Source: an uncultured bacterium (GTDB taxonomy: Bacteria > Fidelibacterota > Marinisomatia > SCGC-AAA003-L08 > TS1B11). Taken from it: DNA of 64,000 nt. The notes under the pieces are model-generated. The model was not told the DNA's origin and did not search any database. It saw only the letters and a program-made list of their open reading frames with translations. The stretch spans positions 568-64,567 of the forward strand of contig CBDVAP010000002.1 in assembly GCA_965372015.1 (NCBI GenBank), read 5' to 3'. Both the position numbers and the translations under genes were made by a program. Of the stretch, positions 37,229 through 47,868 are shown one piece after another. Each line of letters begins with the position of its first letter. Position 1 is the stretch's first letter.

Positions 37229-38488
37229 TCAGGCCCGCACTTTGCGCCGCACCAGGGCAGGCTGCTTGTCCCCGCTGACCACCTCCTTGGTGATCACGCA
37301 GCGCTCCACCCCTTCCATGGACGGCAGGCGGTACATGACGTCCAGCATGGCCCCTTCCAGGATGGACCGCAGCCCCCGGGCGCCGGTCTTGCGCTTGGCG
37401 GCCTGGCGCACCACTTCCTTGAGCGCCGCCGGCTTGAACTCCAGGGCGATATCCTCCATGGCGAACAGCTTCTGATACTGCCGTACCAGGGCATTGCGCG
37501 GCTGGGTAAGGATAGCCAACAGGGCCTCTTCACTAAGCTCTTCGAGGGCACAGGTCACAGGCAACCGGCCCACCAGCTCCGGGATGAAGCCGAACCGTAC
37601 CAGGTCCTCCGGCTCCACCTGTTGCAATAGGCGGGTGATATCCAGCGAGTGCTTGCTTTTAACCTGGGCCTTGAAGCCCATGGCCGAGGACTGCACCCGC
37701 TTCTGGATGATGGTCTCCATCCCCTCGAAGGTGCCGCCGCAGATGAACAGGATATGCTTTGTGTCGATATTCAGCAGGTTCTGCTCGGGGTGTTTGCGGC
37801 CCCCCTTGGGCGGCACGGACGCGACGGTGCCCTCCAGGATTTTGAGCAGCGCTTGCTGCACCCCCTGGCCCGACACGTCCCGGGTGATGGAAATGTTCAC
37901 TTCCTTACGGCTGATCTTGTCCAGCTCGTCGATGTAGATTATGCCCTTTTCGGCCCGCGAGAGGTCAAAATCAGCCGCCTGTAGCAGCCGTAGGATGATG
38001 TTCTCCACATCCTCGCCCACGTAGCCTGCTTCGGTGAGGGCAGTCGCGTCGGCGATGGCGAAGGGCACGTCCAGAAAGCGCGCCAACGTCTGGGCGATAA
38101 GGGTCTTACCGGTGCCGGTGGGACCGATCAGCAGGATGTTGCTCTTCTCGATCTCCACGTCATCGTCGTCATCTACCTTGGCGGTAATCCGCTTGTAGTG
38201 ATTGTAGACCGCCACCGCCACGGTCTTCTTGGCCTGTTCCTGACCGATGATGTAGCGGTCCAGCTCGGCTTTGATTTCGGCGGGGCTGGGCAGCCGCTCT
38301 AAGACGAATTCTTCACTTTGACGGCGGGTCTGCTGCACCACCTTGGCCGAGGCCCACACGCATTCCTCACAGATTTGAATCCCTCGGGGGCCGGCCACCA
38401 TCACCGGCACTTCCTGGCGGGTGCGGCCACAGAAAGCACACACTTGGGCCGTATCATCCCCTGGCGTCTGTGAGTCCGAATCGGGCAT
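37229..38488 (-). CDS. clpX: ATP-dependent Clp protease ATP-binding subunit ClpX
   Basis: Zinc ribbon CAFCGR...CEEC; Walker A GPTGTGKT; [10 protein letters not shown]; standard length. Confidence 0.95.
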   Translation of the reverse strand: MPDSDSQTPGDDTAQVCAFCGRTRQEVPVMVAGPRGIQICEECVWASAKVVQQTRRQSEEFVLERLPSPAEIKAELDRYIIGQEQAKKTVAVAVYNHYKRITAKVDDDDDVEIEKSNILLIGPTGTGKTLIAQTLARFLDVPFAIADATALTEAGYVGEDVENIILRLLQAADFDLSRAEKGIIYIDELDKISRKEVNISITRDVSGQGVQQALLKILEGTVASVPPKGGRKHPEQNLLNIDTKHILFICGGTFEGMETIIQKRVQSSAMGFKAQVKSKHSLDITRLLQQVEPEDLVRFGFIPELVGRLPVTCALEELSEEALLAILTQPRNALVRQYQKLFAMEDIALEFKPAALKEVVRQAAKRKTGARGLRSILEGAMLDVMYRLPSMEGVERCVITKEVVSGDKQPALVRRKVRA

Positions 38489-38490
38489 GA

Positions 38491-39093
38491 TCAGTCGCGG
38501 GTTACCAGGATCTCGTCGATAATACCGTAGGCCTTGGCTTTCTCCGCAGACATGAAAAAGTTGCGGTCGGTGTCCTTCTCGACCTTACGCAGATTTTGCT
38601 TGGTAAGACCGGCCAGTAACCTGTTCAAGTCCTTCTTCAGCTTAATGATCTCCGTGGCCTGAATCTCAATATCCGAAGCCTGACCTTCTACGCCCCCCAT
38701 AGGCTGGTGGATCATGATCCGAGCGTTGGGCAGGGCGGAACGCTTACCCGCAGCGCCGGCCGCCAGCAGTACAGCCCCCATGCTGGCCGCCTGGCCCATA
38801 CAGATGGTGGCAATCTCCGGTTTGACGAACTGCATGGTGTCCAGGATCGCCAGCCCTGCGGTGACCGTCCCGCCGGGAGTGTTAATATATAAGAAAATGT
38901 CTTTCTCCGGTTCCTCCGCCTCCAGAAATAGCAACTGGGCGATGATCAGGCTGGCCACTGTGTCATCGATGGGAGTGCCCAGAAAGATGATCCGTTCCTT
39001 CAGCAGCCGGGAGTAAATATCATAGGCCCGCTCCCCACGGGAACTCTGCTCTACAACCATCGGCACCAGGACACTGCCATGCTCATTCATCAC
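38491..39093 (-). CDS. clpP: ATP-dependent Clp protease proteolytic subunit ClpP
   Basis: [19 protein letters not shown] (catalytic Ser), MIHQP (His). The GTGATG start overlaps the tig stop. Confidence 0.95.
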   Translation of the reverse strand: MMNEHGSVLVPMVVEQSSRGERAYDIYSRLLKERIIFLGTPIDDTVASLIIAQLLFLEAEEPEKDIFLYINTPGGTVTAGLAILDTMQFVKPEIATICMGQAASMGAVLLAAGAAGKRSALPNARIMIHQPMGGVEGQASDIEIQATEIIKLKKDLNRLLAGLTKQNLRKVEKDTDRNFFMSAEKAKAYGIIDEILVTRD

Positions 39094-40376
39094 TTGCCAC
39101 CAACCTTCCTGAGTTCATTCGAGGATTTATGCACTACCTTGATTTTGGCATGCTCCTTCAGCCGGGCCATCAACCGGCTGGTACGTAGTTCTTCCTTGAG
39201 ATTGCGCCGGTTTTCCGGGCGCCGGTAGAAGTTTCTGATCCGCTGGGTCTCCTCACCGTTGCCGGCGGCCAAGTCCTCTATCCGCTGCTTCAGGGCATCA
39301 TCGTCCACGGTGATGTCCTCTTCCTGCAACAACCGGGTCCGCAGCAGGAACCACTTGATGTTCCAATTGATGGAGGCCCGATGCTCATCCCGTACCGCTT
39401 CCCGGTCGATCTCCTCCGGCCGTATTCCGTCCTGTTGGATCTCATTGATAACATTATCGAGATAGTTCTCGAACATTGATGCCGGTGCTTCTAAGTCGGC
39501 GTTACGGACAAAGTGATCAGCGATCTCCCGGGTGAGACGTCGCTCGGCGTCCCGCTCGAAGGAGGCCTGGATGCGTTGACGCAGGTTTTGGCGCAGCTGC
39601 GCCACGTCTTCCGCGCCGGGGTCCGCCTGCCGAGCGAAAGCGTCATCCAGATCAGGCAGGATGCGCTCGGTTACTTGCCGGACGGTCACCTCGTAGTGGG
39701 TGGGCGGCCCAGCATCTGATGGAATGGTCACCCGGCGCGTATCGCCGCTCCGGGCGCCACTCAGCCGTTGCAGGTTCTCACCGCCGAAGGGACCGTCGGC
39801 ATTCAGCTGGATGTACTGGTTCTCCGCTTTCCGACCGATGAGGGGGGTGCCGGCCTCGTCCACCTCCTGCAGGTCCGCCAGGACGAAGTGATCCTCGGAG
39901 GCCCCATCATCAACGGTTTTGAGAGTGGCCTGCTGGCGCCGTAAATCCTCCACGGCCCGTTCCACGTCATCATCTTCTACATCGAATATGATCTGCTGGA
40001 ATTTCAGGCCCTTGGTATAATTGGGCAACAGCACTTCAGGTTCCACTTCGAAAGTGGCCTCAAATCGCAGGCTTTCCCCCTCGTGGAAATGCACCTCCCG
40101 GATAGTTGCCTGGTTGATCGGTTTCAACCCCGATTCATCCAGACCGGCCACGTAATATTCCTGAACGGCCGTTTCGGCGAAATCGGCTTCGGCCACCGGG
40201 CCGTACTGCCGCCGGATGATTTGCGGAGGCACCTTGCCCTTCCGAAAACCGGGCAGCTTGACCTTCTTGGTGAACTTGCGCAGGAAAGCCGCATATTTCC
40301 CTTCCAGCTCCTCCCAGGGCACCGCCACAACCAGCCGCCTGGTGTAATCGTTTATGACGGTAGCGTCACACTGCAT
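39090..40376 (-). CDS. tig: Trigger factor
   Basis: The Met at 40376 gives [20 protein letters not shown]...[15 protein letters not shown] (ribosome-binding signature). The 78-codon extension in the track is not trigger-factor-like. Confidence 0.9.
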   Translation of the reverse strand: MQCDATVINDYTRRLVVAVPWEELEGKYAAFLRKFTKKVKLPGFRKGKVPPQIIRRQYGPVAEADFAETAVQEYYVAGLDESGLKPINQATIREVHFHEGESLRFEATFEVEPEVLLPNYTKGLKFQQIIFDVEDDDVERAVEDLRRQQATLKTVDDGASEDHFVLADLQEVDEAGTPLIGRKAENQYIQLNADGPFGGENLQRLSGARSGDTRRVTIPSDAGPPTHYEVTVRQVTERILPDLDDAFARQADPGAEDVAQLRQNLRQRIQASFERDAERRLTREIADHFVRNADLEAPASMFENYLDNVINEIQQDGIRPEEIDREAVRDEHRASINWNIKWFLLRTRLLQEEDITVDDDALKQRIEDLAAGNGEETQRIRNFYRRPENRRNLKEELRTSRLMARLKEHAKIKVVHKSSNELRKVGGK

Positions 40377-40589
40377 TTGGATAGATCGACCTGCTTTGGA
40401 TTCCCAACATAACGGCCGAAACTTACCATGTCCGGCCACCAAGATACAGTCCCATTCGTGGCCATTGCTCGGGCCGTCCATCAGGATCGGGGCGGGAACG
40501 CATTGCTTGTTTATGTACCGGTAGTGCTTGTAACCTAACTGGTGGCCGCAAAGGCGAAGGTATCCCGAAAACAAATACGATGGCCTGAT

Positions 40590-40886
40590 ATGGAAACTCA
40601 CACACCCCAAGAGCCGTCATTGACCCAGCTGCGCACTGAAATCGACCGAATCGATCGCGAGTTGTTCTCTCTGATCGCCCGGCGGATGACGCTGGCCAGA
40701 GTGATCAGAGACCATAAACGAGCCCGGGGATTGCCCATCAGGGACCCGGTGCGGGAGGCTCAGCTCAAAGCGCGCCTGAAGGAATTCGCCACCGGTGTGT
40801 TGGAACCTAGACACGTGGAGGAATTGGCCGCTGTGCTGATCAGAATTTCGCGGGACCTGCAAGCGCCGGCCACCGAAGGTCGATAG
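40590..40886 (+). CDS. AroQ-class chorismate mutase (monofunctional)
   Basis: LTQLRTEIDRIDRELFSLIARRMTLARVIRDHKRARGLPIRDPVREAQ is the typical CM type II helix 1-2 pattern. The Met at 40590 is preferred. Confidence 0.8.
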   Translation: METHTPQEPSLTQLRTEIDRIDRELFSLIARRMTLARVIRDHKRARGLPIRDPVREAQLKARLKEFATGVLEPRHVEELAAVLIRISRDLQAPATEGR

Positions 40887-41257
40887 GGCTGGTCATTTTG
40901 CCCCCTCACTCAAGAGGAGAAATTACCGACTCAAGCAGCTTTAAAAACCGGTTGCCATCCGGTATCACTGATACTAAAATTGCCGCTGAGTGCCAGTTTA
41001 ATACAGCCTTCAAGGAGTAACCATGACCGAAGCACAAACAAGGCCCGTGTAACGTGAGGATGATGGACGTCGGAAGAAATGAAGAACGCCGCAATGCCGA
41101 ATTAAAGGTAGAGGCCGACCGCCGGTTAGAAAATAGCTAGCCCCTTCGTCCGGTTTCAATCCCGATCGAGGATTCGGCCCCTAGCCGGTTGAGTCCTAAA
41201 CCACCCTGTCTAAAAAAAAGATGACTGCGGCTGCAATGCTGCCTAAATTCGGTCGTC

Positions 41258-41320
41258 ATGATTTCAACCCGCTTGGTTCGATTTTACTTTTATTATTGGT
41301 GGCAGCCCCCACAGGGTTAA
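41258..41320 (+). CDS. Candidate leader peptide of the aromatic supraoperon (MISTRLVRFYFYYWWQPPQG)
   Basis: 20 codons, not in the track. Seven consecutive aromatic codons: TTT TAC TTT TAT TAT TGG TGG (41282-41302). It is located 100 nt upstream of trpE. Confidence 0.6.
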   Translation: MISTRLVRFYFYYWWQPPQG

Positions 41321-41369
41321 CCTGGCGCCCGTAACACTAGTAATTGAGACCCAGCGCGAGTGACCCTGT
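41311..41369 (+). promoter_or_regulatory. Candidate antiterminator helix
   Basis: ACAGGGTTA (41311-41319, overlapping the leader stop codon) is complementary to TGACCCTGT (41361-41369), giving 9 bp with one G-U pair. It shares its 3' arm with the terminator. Confidence 0.5.
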
Positions 41370-41392
41370 TCAAAGTGGACGGGGTTTTTTAT
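41363..41392 (+). terminator. Attenuator terminator upstream of trpE
   Basis: ACCCTGT-tcaaagtgg-ACGGGGT followed by TTTTTATTATTA. It ends about 30 nt before the trpE ATG. Confidence 0.6.
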
Positions 41393-41422
41393 TATTACGG
41401 CAACTAAAAGGCCTGAATCTTG

Positions 41423-42886
41423 ATGGACTTCGAACAATTTGCCGCCTTGGCCGGAAAGCATACGGCCGTCCCGGTGTATCGCAAGGTGTTGGCGGACCTG
41501 CTGACACCGGTGTCGGCCTACATGCGCTTAGCCGAGGTCTTCCGGCCCACGGTGTTGTTGGAGTCGGTGGAGGGCGGCCGCCAGTTCACTCGCTATTCGT
41601 ATATTTGCCTTGAGCCCCGCCTGCGCTTGACTCATGCCCATGGTGAGACGTTCCTTGAAGACCAGGCCGGCCGTCACAAAACCGGCGATCCTTTGTTGGT
41701 GGCCATGAAGAAAGTACTGGCGGAATACCAACCCCCCGAGTTGGAGGAAGTGCCCAGCTTTTGCGGCGGTTGGGTGGGTTATTTGGGTTATGAGACGGTA
41801 ACCTGGACAGAGGACATTCCTGTGCACCCGGCCGGGGAAAAGGACATCCCGGACGCCGTTTTCCTGCTGTTCGAAACGGTCATGGCCTTCGACCATCTCA
41901 AACAGGAAATCATAATCTGCCACACGACCCGTATAGACCGGGACCGGCCGCTGGAAGAACAATATAAAGAGGCCCTGGCCGTGGTGGACCGGGTGGGCGA
42001 GAACCTGCACACCGACATCGACTATCAGACCCCCAACAAAACCGCAGCCTCGGAGCTGACCGCCAATATGACCAAAGGACAGTTTATGGCAGCGGTGCAA
42101 CAGGCCCGGGAATATATTTTCGCCGGGGACGTATTCCAGCTGGTGTTGAGCCAGTGTTTCCAGCGGGTTAGCGCAGTGGAACCCCTCACACTCTACCGTG
42201 CCCTGCGCAACATCAACCCGTCACCCTACTTGTTCTGTCTGCAGCTGGAGGATTTCGCTGTAATCGGGGCTTCACCGGAGCTGTTGGTGAAAGTCGAAGA
42301 TAATGAGATGATCATTCGTCCGATTGCCGGCACCCGCCCCCGGGGCAAGAATCGGGTAGAGGACGGCCGGCTGGCAGAGGAACTTCTGGCCGACGAAAAG
42401 GAACGGGCCGAGCACCTGATGCTGGTGGACTTAGGGCGCAATGACGTCGGTCGAGTCAGCCGGCTGGGGTCGGTTGAGGTGCACAGATTCATGACCGTGG
42501 AAAAATATAGCCATGTGATGCATATCGTCAGCGATGTCCGGGGGCAGCTGGAAGCAGATAAGGATATCTTCGACGCCCTGCTCTCCGGTTTCCCGGCGGG
42601 GACCCTCACGGGAGCACCCAAGATTCGGGCCATGGAACTGATCAACGAGCTGGAGCCGGACCGCCGGGGAATCTATTCCGGCGCCTTGGGTTACGCCGAT
42701 TTTCATGGCAACCTGAACACCTGTGTGGTCATCCGGACCCTGCTCCACCAGGATAATGTGATCAGTTTCCAGAGCGGGGCAGGCATTGTGGCCGATTCCG
42801 ACCCCCAAACTGAATACGACGAGTCCATGAGCAAAGCTATGGCTATCATGCGGGCCATCGATTTTGCCGAAAACGGTTTGCAATGA
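41423..42886 (+). CDS. trpE: Anthranilate synthase component I
   Basis: LLESVEGG N-terminal motif; C-terminal chorismate-binding GAPKIRAMELI..LE..RRGIYSGALGY. Confidence 0.95.
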   Translation: MDFEQFAALAGKHTAVPVYRKVLADLLTPVSAYMRLAEVFRPTVLLESVEGGRQFTRYSYICLEPRLRLTHAHGETFLEDQAGRHKTGDPLLVAMKKVLAEYQPPELEEVPSFCGGWVGYLGYETVTWTEDIPVHPAGEKDIPDAVFLLFETVMAFDHLKQEIIICHTTRIDRDRPLEEQYKEALAVVDRVGENLHTDIDYQTPNKTAASELTANMTKGQFMAAVQQAREYIFAGDVFQLVLSQCFQRVSAVEPLTLYRALRNINPSPYLFCLQLEDFAVIGASPELLVKVEDNEMIIRPIAGTRPRGKNRVEDGRLAEELLADEKERAEHLMLVDLGRNDVGRVSRLGSVEVHRFMTVEKYSHVMHIVSDVRGQLEADKDIFDALLSGFPAGTLTGAPKIRAMELINELEPDRRGIYSGALGYADFHGNLNTCVVIRTLLHQDNVISFQSGAGIVADSDPQTEYDESMSKAMAIMRAIDFAENGLQ

Positions 42887-43452
42887 TTCTGGTGCTGGAC
42901 AATTACGACTCGTTCACCTATAACCTGGTGCAGTTTATCGGCCTGATCACGGCGGACATTAAGGTGGTGCGCAATGACTCGCTAACGGTGGAGGAGATCG
43001 CGGTGCTGGCCCCGGAACGGATCGTAATTTCACCTGGCCCCGGCCGCCCGGAGGATGCCGGTATCTCCATCGCCCTGGTGCAGCGCTGGGGAGCGGAAAT
43101 CCCGATCCTGGGCATCTGCCTGGGGCACCAGGCCATCGCGGCGGCTTTTGGCGGGCAAGTCGTTCGGGCGCCGGAAGTGGTGCACGGCAAAGTGTCGACC
43201 ATCAGCCATGACGGCGACCCGATCTTCGCCGGCCTCGACAGTCCCTTCCAGGCCACCCGCTACCACTCACTGGTGGCCGATGAGGCCAGCCTGTCGCCCG
43301 ACCTGCAGGTAACAGCCCGCACGGATAACGGACTCATTATGGGCTTGCGGCACCGCCACTTCCTGCTGGTGGGCCTGCAGTTCCACCCTGAATCGATTAT
43401 GACCGACAATGGACCACGGATGATAGCTAATTTTATCAAGGGGATTAAATGA
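42883..43452 (+). CDS. trpG: Anthranilate synthase component II (glutamine amidotransferase)
   Basis: ILGICLGHQ catalytic Cys, LQFHPES. 4-nt overlap with trpE. Confidence 0.95.
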   Translation: MILVLDNYDSFTYNLVQFIGLITADIKVVRNDSLTVEEIAVLAPERIVISPGPGRPEDAGISIALVQRWGAEIPILGICLGHQAIAAAFGGQVVRAPEVVHGKVSTISHDGDPIFAGLDSPFQATRYHSLVADEASLSPDLQVTARTDNGLIMGLRHRHFLLVGLQFHPESIMTDNGPRMIANFIKGIK

Positions 43453-44447
43453 AGGATATCCTTAATCAATTACTCGGTCACCGGGACCTGTCGATGGATC
43501 AGGCCCGGGAGGCCATGTACCGGATCATGTCCGGTGAATTCAGCGACCTGCAGATCGCCGGTTTTTTAGTCGCGCTGCGGTCTAAAGGGGAGACCTCCTC
43601 CGAGATTGCCGGCTTCGCCCAGGCCATGCGGGAGAAGATGATCAAGGTGCCCATAACCGTAGAGGCCATCGACGTGTGCGGCACCGGCGGCGACGCCAAG
43701 GGTACTTTCAACATATCCACCGCCGCTTCCTTTGTGGTAGCCGGGGGGGGGGTACCGGTGGCCAAACATGGCAACCGTTCCATAACCAGCAAGTCCGGGT
43801 CGGCCGATGTGTTGTCGGCCCTGGGCGTGGACATCACCAAGCCGCCGGAGGAGGTGGCCCGCGCGGTGGACACTATCGGGATCGGGTTCATGTTCGCCCC
43901 CTCCCTGCACCCCGCCATGAAACACGTCATGCCGGCCCGCCAAGCCCTGGCCATCCGCACCGTATTCAATATACTCGGGCCACTGTGCAACCCGGCCGGG
44001 GTCAAGCGGCAGGTGATGGGTATTTTCGATGGCACCCTCACAGATATCCTGGCGAAGGTATTCAAGAAGTTGGGCGCCCAGCAGGCCTACCTGGTGCACG
44101 GCGAGGATGGGCTGGACGAGATTACCACCACCACGGCCACCAAAGTCAGCCACCTGCTGGAAACCGGTGTTATCAAGTCCGGAGTAGTAAGTCCCCGCAG
44201 CCTCGGTCTGTCGCCGGCCAAAATGTCGGACCTGCAAGGCGGCACCCCAAAGGACAATGCCCGGCTGATCCGGGAAATCCTGTCAGGTACGGCCGGACCG
44301 CCACGGGACATCGTAGTACTCAATGCCGCCGCCGGCCTGCTGGTGGGGGGTAAGGTTGCGGACCTACAAACCGGTATCGCTTTGGCCCAGGAGAGTATCG
44401 ACAGCGGGCGGGCCCTCAAGGTGCTGGATAAACTGATTGCCTTCTAA
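43449..44447 (+). CDS. trpD: Anthranilate phosphoribosyltransferase
   Basis: CGTGGDAKGTFNIST, KHGNRSITSKSGSADVL. Confidence 0.95.
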   Translation: MKDILNQLLGHRDLSMDQAREAMYRIMSGEFSDLQIAGFLVALRSKGETSSEIAGFAQAMREKMIKVPITVEAIDVCGTGGDAKGTFNISTAASFVVAGGGVPVAKHGNRSITSKSGSADVLSALGVDITKPPEEVARAVDTIGIGFMFAPSLHPAMKHVMPARQALAIRTVFNILGPLCNPAGVKRQVMGIFDGTLTDILAKVFKKLGAQQAYLVHGEDGLDEITTTTATKVSHLLETGVIKSGVVSPRSLGLSPAKMSDLQGGTPKDNARLIREILSGTAGPPRDIVVLNAAAGLLVGGKVADLQTGIALAQESIDSGRALKVLDKLIAF

Positions 44448-44456
44448 TAACCAAAG

Positions 44457-45248
44457 ATGACGATTCTAGACGAAATAGTAGCCTATAAACGGGAGCAGGT
44501 GCGGGAGCTGTGCCGGCGGCATCCATTACCAATCCCGGCCCAACGCCCGGACCCGGCCCGCGACTTTTCAAGCGCGCTGGCACGTCCCGGCCTACAGGTG
44601 ATCGCCGAGATCAAGCGCCGCTCACCTTCCCGGGGGGCTATCCGCCCGGATATCGATCCAGCCGACCTGGCGCGACAGTACCAGGCCGCCGGGGCCGCCG
44701 CCATATCAGTCTTGACCGACGACAAATATTTCGGCGGCAGCTTGCAACACTTGCAGATGGTCCGGGCCGCCGTGGACCTGCCGGTGCTGCGCAAGGACTT
44801 TATCATCGATCCCTACCAGGTGCATGAATCGGCGGCGGCCGGGGCGGATGCCATTCTGCTGATCGCCGACTGCCTGGATGAAACTGTTTTGGCCGAGCTG
44901 TATGAGCTGGCCGGTTCGGTGGGACTGCAAGTGCTGGTGGAGGGTTACTCGGACCACAGTCTGGCGGCCATCCGCCGGCTGGCTCCCCAGGTCGCCGGGA
45001 TCAACTCCCGCGATTTGGCTACTATGCAGGTGAATCTGGCGGGAATGCTTGAACGCCGTTCGCTATTGCCGGAGCAGGCAATCCAGGTGGCCGAATCGGG
45101 AATCGCCTCCACTGATGACCTGCGAGCTGTTGCCTCAGCAGGCTTCGATGCCGCCTTAATCGGGACGACCCTGTTGCTTACGGGTGACCCCGGTGCTAAC
45201 CTGAGAGCCCTGTTGGCCGGAAGGCCTCTTCCTGAGGAGGCGGTATGA
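44457..45248 (+). CDS. trpC: Indole-3-glycerol-phosphate synthase
   Basis: VIAEIKRRSPSRG, ISVLTDDKYFGGS, LRKDFIIDPYQ. Confidence 0.95.
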   Translation: MTILDEIVAYKREQVRELCRRHPLPIPAQRPDPARDFSSALARPGLQVIAEIKRRSPSRGAIRPDIDPADLARQYQAAGAAAISVLTDDKYFGGSLQHLQMVRAAVDLPVLRKDFIIDPYQVHESAAAGADAILLIADCLDETVLAELYELAGSVGLQVLVEGYSDHSLAAIRRLAPQVAGINSRDLATMQVNLAGMLERRSLLPEQAIQVAESGIASTDDLRAVASAGFDAALIGTTLLLTGDPGANLRALLAGRPLPEEAV

Positions 45249-45880
45249 TCCCGGTCAAGATTTGCGGTCTCACCAACACCGAGGATGCGCAGTTGGCGGT
45301 GCGGCTGGGAGCGGCCGCCGTCGGGATGATCTTCTTTGAGGCCAGTCCCCGTTGTGTCGCCCCCGCCCAAGCCCGAGCGATCACCGCCGGGTTGGATAGC
45401 GCCGTGACTAAGGTGGGGATATTCGTCAACGAGCCGCCGGAGCAGGTCAACGCCGTGGTATCTGCGGTGGGATTGGACCTGGTACAGCTCAGCGGTGACG
45501 AGTCGCCGGAGGACTGTACTCGCATTACCGTTCCGGTGATCAAGACCCTGCATGTTGGCCAAGATTTTGATGCTGCGTTGGCCTCCGGTTACGATGTCCG
45601 GGCGCTGCTGCTGGACACTCACCGGCGCGGTAGCTACGGCGGCACCGGCCAGTCTTTCGATTGGCAGGCCATTGATCGCGGCGCCCTCCACCGACCGGTG
45701 GTTCTCTCCGGCGGGCTGCACGCCGGTAATATCCTGGAGGGGATCGCAACACTGGCCCCGGACGCGGTTGACCTTGGCAGCGGCGTGGAAGCGGCGCCCG
45801 GCCGGAAAGACCCGGAAAAATTGGCGGCCCTGTTCGCCGCCTTGAAAAGTACTCGAGCCACCGATGCCGTCCTCTTCTAA
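45245..45880 (+). CDS. trpF: Phosphoribosylanthranilate isomerase
   Basis: [27 protein letters not shown]. Confidence 0.9.
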   Translation: MIPVKICGLTNTEDAQLAVRLGAAAVGMIFFEASPRCVAPAQARAITAGLDSAVTKVGIFVNEPPEQVNAVVSAVGLDLVQLSGDESPEDCTRITVPVIKTLHVGQDFDAALASGYDVRALLLDTHRRGSYGGTGQSFDWQAIDRGALHRPVVLSGGLHAGNILEGIATLAPDAVDLGSGVEAAPGRKDPEKLAALFAALKSTRATDAVLF

Positions 45881-47078
45881 GCCACAGCGCTACTCGCAGC
45901 CCGACGACCACGGTCACTTCGGGGTCTACGGCGGCCAGTACGTCCCCGAAACATTGTTGCCGGCCCTGAAGGAACTGGAGGCCGCCTACCGCGCAGCCGG
46001 CCAGGATCAATCTTACTGGAAAGAGCTTAACCAGCTGGCGTCCCACTATGCCGGTCGCCCCACACCGCTGTATCATGCTCGCCGGATCAGTGCCCAGCTG
46101 GGTGTGGAGGTCTACCTCAAGCGGGAGGACTTAAACCACACCGGCGCCCATAAAATCAATAACGCCCTGGGGCAGGTATTGCTGGCCCGGCGGATGGGCA
46201 AGAGCCGAATCATCGCCGAGACCGGTGCCGGCCAGCATGGGGTGGCCACCGCCACCGTGTCCGCCCTGTTCGGCCTGGAGTGTGTGGTATATATGGGCGA
46301 GGAAGACATGCGGCGCCAGGCGTTGAACGTCTTCCGCATGGAGTTGCTGGGAGCCCAGGTCCGACCGGTGGGGTCCGGCAGCCGTACGCTGAAGGACGCC
46401 GTTAACGAGGCCATCCGTGATTGGGTAGCCACCGTGGAGCATACTCACTACCTGATCGGCTCGGTGGTGGGCCCTCACCCCTATCCCCTGCTGGTGCGCG
46501 ATTTCCAGGCGGTGATCGGGCGGGAGGCCCGGGAGCAATATTCAAAGCAGGTGGGCGGCGTACCCGACCTGTTGCTGGCTTGCGTAGGCGGCGGTAGCAA
46601 TGCCATCGGCCTATTTCACCCCTTTCTTGATACTGACGTCCGGATGGTAGGTGTTGAGGCCGCCGGTCACGGCCTGGACTCCGGTGAGCATGCCGCCACT
46701 TTGACTAGGGGCACACCGGGAGTGCTGCACGGCTCGGCCGGTTACCTGCTGCAGACCGGCGACGGCCAGGTACGCCTGCCCCATTCCATCAGCGCCGGAC
46801 TGGATTATCCCGGCGTGGGGCCTGAGCACAGCCTGCTCAAGGACCTGGGACAGGTGGAATACCTCACCGCCACCGATGAGGAAGCACTAGCGGCCTTTGG
46901 GTGGCTATCGGAACTCGAGGGAATTATCCCGGCCCTGGAGGTAGCCCACGCCCTGGCGCTGCTCCAGCAAAACCGGCTAGGACTGACGGACGGCAGCAAG
47001 GTCGTGGTTTGCCTGTCAGGACGAGGCGACAAGGACGTACAGACCGTGGCCCGGGCACTGGGCAGGGAATTGCCATGA
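45864..47078 (+). CDS. trpB: Tryptophan synthase beta chain
   Basis: [15 protein letters not shown] (PLP Lys), GGGSNAIG. Confidence 0.95.
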   Translation: MPSSSKPQRYSQPDDHGHFGVYGGQYVPETLLPALKELEAAYRAAGQDQSYWKELNQLASHYAGRPTPLYHARRISAQLGVEVYLKREDLNHTGAHKINNALGQVLLARRMGKSRIIAETGAGQHGVATATVSALFGLECVVYMGEEDMRRQALNVFRMELLGAQVRPVGSGSRTLKDAVNEAIRDWVATVEHTHYLIGSVVGPHPYPLLVRDFQAVIGREAREQYSKQVGGVPDLLLACVGGGSNAIGLFHPFLDTDVRMVGVEAAGHGLDSGEHAATLTRGTPGVLHGSAGYLLQTGDGQVRLPHSISAGLDYPGVGPEHSLLKDLGQVEYLTATDEEALAAFGWLSELEGIIPALEVAHALALLQQNRLGLTDGSKVVVCLSGRGDKDVQTVARALGRELP

Positions 47079-47848
47079 GGCGTATTCCCCAGGTGATGGC
47101 CGCCCCCGGCAAGAAACTGGTGCCGTTCATCACCGCCGGCTACCCGCAGCTGGAGAGTACCGTCCCCCTGGTGCTGGCCGCGGAGCGGGCCGGAGCTCAG
47201 CTGGTGGAGTTGGGCATGCCCTTTTCGGACCCGCTGGCCGATGGCCCGGTGATCCAGCAGAGCAGCCAGACCGCCCTGGAAAACGGAGTAACCGTCCCGT
47301 GGATATTGAAGACCGTGGCGCTCATTCGGGAGCAATCGCAGGTCCCCATTATCTTGATGGGGTATATCAACCCCATCCGACGGATGGGGGCGGTAAATTT
47401 CCTGCATCAGGCTGCCGGGGCCGGCGTGGATGGATTGATCATCCCCGACCTGCCGCCGGAAGAGGACCCGGGATTCTTTGAGCAGGCCCGGGCAGCGGGG
47501 CTCAGCACTATCTTCCTGGTGGCCCCCAATACCAGCAACGAGCGGATAGTCCACCTGGGGCGGGAAGCCCGGGATCTGCTTTACGCCATTTCCATCATGG
47601 GCGTCACCGGTACGGCCTTGAGCGCCCGACGACAGCTCACAGACTATTTAAAGCGCGTCCGGCTCAACGCGCATGTGCCGTTTGTAGTGGGCTTTGGGAT
47701 CGCCACAGCGCAGGATGTGCGCCGGGTAGGCAGCCTGGCCGATGGGGTGGTGGTGGGCAGCGCCCTGTTGAAGCGCCTAGCCCGGGCCACCGATCCGCCG
47801 GCCGAGGCCTATAATTATCTGCAATCACTGGCGGCCGCACTGCCATAG
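47075..47848 (+). CDS. trpA: Tryptophan synthase alpha chain
   Basis: The ATG at 47075 overlaps the trpB TGA (ATGA). [24 protein letters not shown]. The track ORF from 46901 is an upstream out-of-context extension. Confidence 0.9.
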   Translation: MRRIPQVMAAPGKKLVPFITAGYPQLESTVPLVLAAERAGAQLVELGMPFSDPLADGPVIQQSSQTALENGVTVPWILKTVALIREQSQVPIILMGYINPIRRMGAVNFLHQAAGAGVDGLIIPDLPPEEDPGFFEQARAAGLSTIFLVAPNTSNERIVHLGREARDLLYAISIMGVTGTALSARRQLTDYLKRVRLNAHVPFVVGFGIATAQDVRRVGSLADGVVVGSALLKRLARATDPPAEAYNYLQSLAAALP

Positions 47849-47868
47849 ACAAGGAAGAATCAACACGT

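Noticed and set aside
40377-40610. 78-codon N-terminal extension of trigger factor in the ORF track
   Set aside because: The extension (MGCVSFHIRPSYLFSGYLRLCGH...) is Cys/His/Tyr-rich and unlike trigger factor. It also overlaps the divergent chorismate mutase start region. The Met at 40376 gives a canonical trigger factor N-terminus.
40906-41094. 62-aa minus-strand ORF between chorismate mutase and the trp leader
   Set aside because: No start context or motif was found. It lies in a region more plausibly serving as the promoter and 5' region of the supraoperon.
41221-41334. Alternative 37-codon ORF in the trp leader region (MTAAAMLPKFGRHDFNPLGSILLLLLVAAPTGLTWRP)
   Set aside because: It has an A-rich upstream context and cannot be excluded. 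However, it has only one Trp codon and no regulatory-codon logic. The overlapping frame gives seven consecutive aromatic codons and a stop codon that abuts the antiterminator arm, so I kept it as an alternative only.
43566-47554. Several 180-260-aa antisense or out-of-frame ORFs across trpD to trpA (for example 43566..44237, 44945..45721, 46805..47554, 43676..44353)
   Set aside because: Each overlaps a trp gene that carries diagnostic motifs. These ORFs are Arg/Gly/Pro-rich and lack any signature.
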